A stretch of DNA of 62,770 nt, the filler included, from Malassezia furfur (lineage: Eukaryota): NCBI GenBank assembly GCA_052055015.1. It is 5 parts of 5 records of this genome, joined end to end, with 100 filler letters (N's around TTAATTAATTAA, not from the genome) between each part and the next. Parts side by side here need not be neighbours in the genome. Positions count along the whole stretch, not along the records: positions 50,513 to 62,770 come from JBQJIT010000338.1; 4 more parts are not named here. The stretch is one strand, 5' to 3'. The position numbers and the translations under genes were made by a program. Below are positions 55,227-62,770 of the stretch, in pieces (position 1 is the stretch's first letter; each line of letters starts with the position of its first letter). The notes under the pieces are model-generated. The model had not been told where the DNA came from, ran no database searches, and saw only the letters and a list, made by a program, of their open reading frames with translations.

Positions 55227-56031
55227 TCACTGCAGGATCTTCTTGTCAACGACCTTGCCGTCCGAGTCGATCTTGTACACGATCGGGACACCGGTCGCGA
55301 GCTCAGTCGAGATGATCTGCTCAGGCGTCATGTTCTCGAGCGCCATGATAACAGCACGCAGCGAGTTACCGTGGGCAGCAACAAGAACCGACTCGCCCTT
55401 CTCGACCAGCGGCTTAATTTCCTTGTTAAAGAACGGCAGCACACGGTCAGCCGTGAGCTTCAGCGACTCGCCACCAGGCGGGCGCACGTCGAACGAGCGG
55501 CGCCAGGTGTGAACCTGCTCCTCGCCGAACTTGGCACGAGCATCGTCCTTGTTCAGGCCAGTAAGCTCGCCGTAGTCACGCTCGTTCAGCGCCTGGTCCT
55601 TGACGACAGGAATGCCCTCCTGGCCAATGGCCTTGAGCTGGATGTCCAGCGTCTTCTGGGCACGCTGGAGAGCAGAGGTGAAGGCAATGCTGTGGCAGTG
55701 TTAGCACGAGTCAACCACATCGTGAAGTACGTACTTGAAGTTGGTCTGGAGGAAGAAACGGAAGGGCGAGTCAGTACAAGCTCTTTTCGACGCAAAATAC
55801 GTACGTATCCATACTTCTTGAGCTCCTCAGCACCCTTGAGTGCCTCCTCACGACCCTGCTCGGTCAGGTCGGGGTCCTTCCAGCCGGTGAACTGCGGTTA
55901 GCGGGCCAGAAAACCAAGGGATACCCACGAGGTTCTTCTTGTTCCATTCGGACTGGCCGTGACGAGTGAGGACGAGAGTTCTTCGAGGTTAGCAGGCTGT
56001 TACCCCAGAGCTGCACCACGTACCCAACCAT
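55227..56031 (-). CDS. GPM1: 2,3-BPG-dependent phosphoglycerate mutase, 4 introns
   Basis: [68 protein letters not shown]. Confidence 0.95.
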
Positions 56032-56342
56032 GGTCTATGCGTTAGGTAAAACCCCGGATCCCGCACGGTCAGGTAGTCCGGCACCGGTTGCCCACGTGGG
56101 TGATCGGAAGAAGCCGGGGATAGGGCTGAACCTGAGCGCACGTGACATTGTGGAGAGACACACACTGCAGTTATCTGATAGAGAATGGACCCGGCCTGCG
56201 CAGGAAAAACTTGGCTAGGAAGGTCGAGCGCGATCTTCGTCTAGATTCTCAACCTATACTGTGGCGGAAGAGAGGCGTGAACTGGCAGAAACGGAGTTCA
56301 TTCAGCAAGCAAACTGTATGAACAAGCGTTCGAGCGTTCGAG

Positions 56343-58096
56343 ATGGCGCCCAGCTTGGAAATACCTGGGGTACGTCGTTCGTGCTGTGCCACTAATACGC
56401 AGAACAATTTTGTCGAGTTCACCAAAGAAGGTGATGCTCAGCAGTTGGTGAAGAATGCACTGCTGTGTTCCCGTCTGAATGAATCTCTCCAGTCTTCAAG
56501 GCGTCTGGAAAATGTGTCTTGGCGAATGTGGTACAAGCAGCATCGCTCTGACAAGGTGAGCGCCACATTTTTTTTCCGTGCGGAAATGCTAACCGTCAGT
56601 CATTGAACCTGGAGCGGCGAAAGCCTGCGTTCTTGAATGCAGAGATTGATGTGACGAACATTTCGCCATTGCGGACGCTGGACGAACATGTCTTGACCAA
56701 CGCCCTGAGCTCGTCCATGGACGTGGATATGCTGCACGGCAATCAGACCGCGCAAACCCTCCCTTTTCTTGCGGGCAGCACAGGCGTGAATCAATGGCCG
56801 AACATCTCGGCATTGAACGATACCAAGCATTTCCACGGTGTTTTCCAAAACACGCAGCCACCGGAACAGCACGTGTCGCCGGATATGCTCCAGCTATTTC
56901 CTGCCCCGCCGAACGAGCAATTCTGTGGCATTCCGGGCTGTTCGTACGTGGACAATGGCAACAGCTTGTTGCGGAATGCTCTTGGTATCTCGGGTGAGAC
57001 GCAAGACACTTCTCAAAAGGAGGAACAGGACGGGTACAACAACTTCGCGGGCGCGGCTCCCCCTGCGCCATCGTCTGGCCAAAACGAGGGACACCCGCAC
57101 CTAAACGAGGTCGATTCGACTCCTACAACACCTCGGCGGCGATCAGAGGTATCCATGGATGCTACGCCTGGATCGTCTGCCCCCACCGACGACGTTCCCA
57201 CCTGCAGTAACTGTGGGACGCATAATACCCCGTTGTGGAGACGAAACCATGACACGCTCCTCCTTTGCAATGCATGCGGTCTGTACCTCAAGATTCACAA
57301 AACGCATCGCCCATTGCTGCTGCGCCAGCGTCAGCAAATTTGCAACGCTTCCCGCGCCAATGGACAAGATCGTGGCTCGCGCTCGGCCAATGTGACCAGC
57401 TGTACAAACTGTGGCACGCGTGTGACACCGTTGTGGCGCAAGGACGACAATGGCGCAATGCTATGTAACGCGTGTGGGCTTTACTTCAAGCTACACCGCG
57501 AGCACAGGCCACCTAGGTACCGTGCGGACATTATCCGCAAGCGTGCTCGGTACGACCCGCGACAACGCACCAACAGCGATGACGGACAAGCGTCGCCGCG
57601 CTCGGAGCCTATCTCGCCCGCACAGAGTACGCCCCAGAGCATGGGCTATGCCGGCCCCTCTAGTGCGGGCGCCATGCTGCAGTCACGGGATACGACATCA
57701 GACTCGCCCACCGTAAAACGGCACTCGACGCCTTCGTTGCTTCCGCAAGAGAGTTGCAGCCCCGTACAGGACGCCAGTCGGTTCCTGAGTTCCAGTCAGG
57801 GCCCATTGGCGGCCGAGCTTGCGTCGTTGGCGTGCTGTGGCAACGACGCATGTACCGGCCCGATCCTAATGAACGACGGTGCGCCCGAGTTCGTGGAGAA
57901 TCCGCACGAGTACCACATGCACGACCAGCCCCACTTGATGTTCGGCATGGACTTCAATATGGAATCCATTATGCGGCCCACTCACGGTCATGTGAATCGG
58001 CACTCGCTATGGCCCGTATACCAGTCCACGGAAATGTATCCCCAGCCGGAGAACAAGGGGGATCCCAATTCTAGTGTATCTCTACCGCTGCACTAA
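56343..58096 (+). CDS. GATA transcription factor with DUF1752-like N-terminus and two zinc fingers (AreA/Nit2-like)
   Basis: RRLENVSWRMW; CSNCGTHNTPLWRR...CNACGLY; CTNCGTRVTPLWRK...CNACGLYFKLH..RP; 2 introns near the 5' end. Confidence 0.85.
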
Positions 58097-58772
58097 GGTG
58101 CCAGCATCGCTTACGATATCTTTTTTCTTCCTCCCTAGCAATCTACATCGTTGCGTAATACGTTCCCAACAGTGCGGGGTTTGTGCGCACGTTGGTCGCC
58201 ACGGAATTCCTTGGTTGCGCACGCTGAATCTTATCCGTGACCCTGGCTCGTGCATCGCGACTCGCTTGGGCGTCGCGCAGCGTGCTTGGCGCATGGCTGC
58301 CGCACCGCGGGCCGAGGAATTATGTTGCAGGCGGATTCCAAGCAGGCGCACGCAGATAGTACAGCCGCTAGGACGCGCACTGAGCGGTACCTCCACCTCG
58401 GCACGCGTCGAGCGCGAATTAGCGTGCTGTGGTTGGATGGATTTTGGGTGGAGAGGTCAAAAGTTTCGCCTCGCGCCCTGCAATCGATGCAATCATAGCC
58501 TCATTCCAACGCGGACATATGCCTCACAGTAGTGCAACACTGGCAAGACGCGCGTCCGCGTGCCGCTCGACAAGCTTCACGTGGCGTGGCCGGGAGACGC
58601 TGGCCTGGCGTGGGCAACGGATACCCTGGACGCGGAGCGTGCTCTTCGTTAGACCACAGTTGGAGACGCGCCGGTCGGCTTGTGCCTGACGTCAATAATC
58701 CCTTGTTGTTACTCTTGGGGTCTCAGCGTGACGCACACAACTACTGTGTGCTGTCTCTGAGCAAGGCAGGCT

Positions 58773-60950
58773 ATGCCGCGCATTCCCATTCGTGTTGAGC
58801 CCTACAGCTCGCCCGCAAAACAACATCGCCATTACAAATGCAAAAGAGACCAGGTCCTACGCGCGCTAGGCAAAGCAGCCTACATTAACGGCAGCCAGTT
58901 TGCCATTCTGTTGGTTTCCGCGCGCGGCGACGTCGAGACGTACGCGAGCGATGCTTTGCAAGACCATTTGGACGACTGGTTCATGAAGAGCGGCGTTGCC
59001 GAAGAAGCACGGCAATTGACGCTCGATAGTGTCCCCGAGCGGCGTAACCCGCCCGTGGGTAATCTCACCGCTGATGATCTCCTAGACGACGGCCAGGAAT
59101 CGGTGAGTGGTGCGGCAACGCCCGCCGTATCACGCATGGCAGACGATCCCTTCCTGGAGTCGTGGTCGACACTCGGGAGCGGCTCTGAAAAGATGCCTGG
59201 GGCCGAAGACTGGTCGAAGCTGCTCAAGCGCACCGACCTGACTGACGAGCCGCAGCCGATAGGCGAGGCGAGTGGATCGGCGGGCAGTCCGACGGTACCG
59301 ATGATGCCGCAGATGTCGACGCCGATCCGCCCGCCCATGCGTGCGCGGACCGGGAGCACGGGCCGCGTTGCTGCGAATGCGCACCAGCCTCAGCATACCA
59401 TTGTGCTGAAAAACGAGGCAGAGCGTACGGCGTTCCTCGAGATGCGGTTCGGCCAACTGCAGCAGGTCATGTGCAAAATGATCGCCAAGGAATGGATCAA
59501 GGTGATCGAGCCCAAGAAGCAGACTCGCTACCCCTACAACAAGGGGGAAGAGGCGAAACCGAGCTGGTGGCCGAAAGACGTGCGGCACAAGGAGCCAGAC
59601 CACCTGATGAAGCCGGAGCGCCATGCGCTGTTGCTTGCCATGCTCCGCTTGAACCAGGCCCGGATTGCCCGCCTGCAGCTGGCCACGGCCGAGGTCGTGG
59701 TACAGATCAAGTCGGGGCGCGTAAGCCTGCTGATGGACATCTACCGCGTGGCCCGCGAAGAGGAGAACCTACGCGACCAGAACCTGGACATTAACACACC
59801 CATCACCGTGGGCGTCTCGTCGCTCGAGGGCTGGGAAGGCGAGTCGGTCCCGGCTGCAGATACCTCGGCTGCGATCGAGACGCCGTCGGCGAGTCAGGTG
59901 CGCGAGGACTACGCACACACAGAGTCGCTCTCGCGGCGCCTGAGCACGCAGCGCAAACGGCCTCGCTTTGACTCTGCACCCGAGGAGACGCCGGAACGCA
60001 CCGGAGGTGCACCCATGACATGGACACCGATGAATGACCCGTATAATCCGTATCCCACCATGCGAGGTGTGCCACACATGCCACAGCACGCCATGTCTGG
60101 TGGGGTCCCTGTTCGGTCCATGCCGGGGATGAATGCACCGTCTGCGCAGCCCATGCAGCCCTCATTTGACTCGTCGGATCTGTCAAGCTATTCACCGCTA
60201 AACACCCGTGGAGATTTGCCTCCCACAACGCCCATACCCACGGCCGCACCGCACGGAACTTTGGCGCAATCGCCCGTTGCGGGGCGCCCGAACCTGGTCA
60301 ACTATTCTGGCATCGAGCATGAGCCGCAGCGCAGTTCGTTGCCCGGAGTTCTGCCGGTCGGCAACGTGGGGCAACCCATGAAACCGACCCGTTCGGCGCC
60401 TCCGCAGATGCCCAACTCGCCCGAGGCATGGCAAATGCTCCAGACGCACCAGCACGGCCAGTCCTTCCGCATGGACCAGCCGGCACCGTCGCCACTCGCG
60501 ATGCCGCAGCATCGCGACAGCGACCACCGCATGTCGTGGACGTTTGGTCACCCCACTTCGCCGATGTACCCCGGCAATGCGCCAGCGCAACCGACATGGG
60601 GTATGCCCGAGACGCCCCTGCAGCGGCCGCCAATGCAGAACATGGGGATGAGCGTAGGGTCCAGTGACGTGCGCTTCTCCCCGTCGTTTGACGCGAGCTT
60701 CAGCAACTCGGGCCCCATGACCCCCAGCAATATGTCGATGCACCTGCACCCGGTCCATCCGCACATGCAAGCACCGGGCGGCGCAACGATGGGCTACCAT
60801 CCGCCGACGGGCAAATCGAATACGATGCTCGGCACCGACCTTTCCACCGTGCCCCAGGCGCAGCCCAGCGAGATGGGCCCCTTTGACGTGAAGCTGGAGC
60901 CCAAACCCAACGTTCGTTACAACGGCATGGAGGAATGGCCGTGCCCCTGA
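58773..60950 (+). CDS. DUF2841 (YDR124W-like) protein
   Basis: [31 protein letters not shown]...[22 protein letters not shown]-rich C-terminus. Confidence 0.8.
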   Translation: MPRIPIRVEPYSSPAKQHRHYKCKRDQVLRALGKAAYINGSQFAILLVSARGDVETYASDALQDHLDDWFMKSGVAEEARQLTLDSVPERRNPPVGNLTADDLLDDGQESVSGAATPAVSRMADDPFLESWSTLGSGSEKMPGAEDWSKLLKRTDLTDEPQPIGEASGSAGSPTVPMMPQMSTPIRPPMRARTGSTGRVAANAHQPQHTIVLKNEAERTAFLEMRFGQLQQVMCKMIAKEWIKVIEPKKQTRYPYNKGEEAKPSWWPKDVRHKEPDHLMKPERHALLLAMLRLNQARIARLQLATAEVVVQIKSGRVSLLMDIYRVAREEENLRDQNLDINTPITVGVSSLEGWEGESVPAADTSAAIETPSASQVREDYAHTESLSRRLSTQRKRPRFDSAPEETPERTGGAPMTWTPMNDPYNPYPTMRGVPHMPQHAMSGGVPVRSMPGMNAPSAQPMQPSFDSSDLSSYSPLNTRGDLPPTTPIPTAAPHGTLAQSPVAGRPNLVNYSGIEHEPQRSSLPGVLPVGNVGQPMKPTRSAPPQMPNSPEAWQMLQTHQHGQSFRMDQPAPSPLAMPQHRDSDHRMSWTFGHPTSPMYPGNAPAQPTWGMPETPLQRPPMQNMGMSVGSSDVRFSPSFDASFSNSGPMTPSNMSMHLHPVHPHMQAPGGATMGYHPPTGKSNTMLGTDLSTVPQAQPSEMGPFDVKLEPKPNVRYNGMEEWPCP

Positions 60951-61070
60951 GTCGGGCTCTCCTTCCCGCCCAAGCCCACGCTCTTTCTATGAATCATATA
61001 CCCTCCCGATGCCGCACAACGCGGAGTGAACAATGGACGTTTTTTCTTCTCGTCTATCTCTGAGGATCTT

Positions 61071-61673
61071 CTAGACAGCATACAACGTCGTCCATTTACG
61101 ACTTGTCTCGATGGCACTGCGTTAGCGTGCACTACGCACTCTTTCTCATTCGTTTTGTAGTGCTCTGCAACGTCATTGGCCAAAGGATCGTCGGGGTTCG
61201 GCGCGGATAAGAGCGCCTGGATCGAAAGTAACACGGTCCGGATCTGTAGCGCGGGAGACCATTTGTCTGCGGTTAGCACGGAGGCAGGCGCACCTTTGAG
61301 GATATCGAGGCAGATACGACCGAGTTTGTCTGCGCAATAAGCCACAGCAACGTACCAATATTGGGGTGGTAGATTTTGGTCAGGAAACGGACTTTGGGCG
61401 GCGCCATCGGATAGTCTTCCGGCAGGAACAGCTCGAGTTTGAACTTGCCGCCTGTGTGTCAGCAGTGTGGTCCGAACACACCTTCGAACGGACTTTGCGC
61501 AGGACCGGAGATGACGACATCAAAGTAGCGCAAGTTGTCCTCGTGTGGCGTCGCCTGGATGCCAGGCGCAGGATCCGCAATCAAGCGTTCCGTTTCCTGT
61601 GCGTGTAAGTATTTCTGACCATTTTGCGCGTAAAAACGCAACCTACCTTGATAATGCGCTTGGGAAGTGCCAT
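61071..61673 (-). CDS. UBC13: Ubiquitin-conjugating enzyme Ubc13, 5 introns
   Basis: [79 protein letters not shown]. Confidence 0.96.
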
Positions 61674-61851
61674 AGTCTAGCGAAAGCCGTGCTGACAACG
61701 CCGGTCCGACCGTCGCGTCGTGCGGGGAGTCCGTCGAGGATGTACTGGCATAAATCCATTCACGTGGAGGTCACCCGGCTGGCTGGCCCTGGCGCCTATC
61801 ACCGTCGTACCTGGACGCGCGCGACGAAGAACCCTTAGGCGAGCGCGCAAG

Positions 61852-62770
61852 ATGCCGTCGACTTTCTCGTCCTCCGAGAAATCGACGATCAAGTCGGTCC
61901 TCGCGTCGTCGAACAAGATCATTACCGCTACGCCCGCGCGCATCTATGTTGCGTACCCAACCCCTGATCGCTGGTACTACACCGGCATCGAAGGTGCCCT
62001 CGCGTTCGTGCGCGATGCCAAGGGCAACTTTGGCTTCCGCGTGGTGGATGTGCACGTATGTACACGCATGGCTAATTGCAGCATCAAGGAAACGTTACGT
62101 GGGAGCACGAGCTATACGAGGACTTCTACTTTTACGAAGACAAGCCGTACTTTCACACATTTGCGGGCGATGTACGTCAAGTGCTCATGTGCAGGAATGT
62201 ATGATTGGTATTTGCTATGCAGACGAATCTGGCGCCGCACAGCTGTATAAAAAGGTCCAGAACCGCGCCAAGTATGGTACGTTCGCATTGTGTGCTCACA
62301 CACAGCCAAATCTTCGTCCGGCTCTTCCAGCTTTGGATTCGCAAAGAAGCTGACAAGCAAGCTCGACTGGTCGAGGAGTTCGCACGCCGAAGACAAGCGC
62401 ACCAAGGCCGATGCACCACCTGTGAATGCCGCGGACGAGCCTCATTGGAACGGGCTTGTGGACCAGCTGGGATCCATGGGTGTCTCGGAATCCGACATCC
62501 AAAACAACCAAGACTTCATCCGTGACTTTTTGGCACAAAAGAACCAGACGGGGCAGGCCAATGGCACAGCAGCCCCGACAACTGCGGCCCCACTGCGCAA
62601 TCTCCCTCCGCCGGTGCCGTCGGCGTTTGCGAGTGCATCGAGTCCGGCGCCTTCGGCCGCGCCGCCGATCCCTCAGCGCACTGCGACCGAGAGCTCGAGT
62701 GCACCGGCGGGGCCTCGTATGCCACGTACTGCACCGGCGCCGCCGGCACGGCCGGGCGCGGCGGGCGGCG
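61852..62770 (+). CDS. LAS17: WASP homologue Las17/Wsp1, 5' part
   Basis: WH1 domain NKIITATPARIYVAYP.PDRWYYTG..GALAFV, WEHELY..F.FYEDKPYFHTFAGD; GVSESDI..NQDFI; Pro-rich tail begins. Confidence 0.88.

Noticed and set aside
58097..58772. ncRNA or small ORFs in the long GATA-DUF2841 spacer
   Set aside because: No boxes, convincing helices or codon-biased ORF recognised by eye.

Overview
Eukaryotic, very compact, GC-rich fungal DNA. Gene content, tiny intergenic spacers and 21-40 nt GT-AG introns point to a basidiomycete yeast, most likely Malassezia (inference). The window is not one locus: five contigs of about 12.5 kb are joined by 100-nt N44-TTAATTAATTAA-N44 linkers in descending length order. 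It holds about 43 mostly housekeeping protein-coding genes. The main hidden features are non-coding: (1) a roughly 290-nt structured, oligo-T-terminated RNA at 42227-42515 that looks like a non-canonical basidiomycete SRP RNA; (2) two box C/D snoRNAs in the only two very long introns, both in GID8, one SNORD79-like and one a dual-guide U32-like RNA; (3) many ultrashort introns down to 21 nt and 11-14 nt micro-exons. Other observations are recurrent CACGTG promoter boxes, abutting or overlapping stop codons, a DAK frameshift, an asymmetric ModF-like ABC ATPase and a DUF2841 protein with NRF1/EIN3-like motifs. All calls come from motif recognition by eye; no searches were run.
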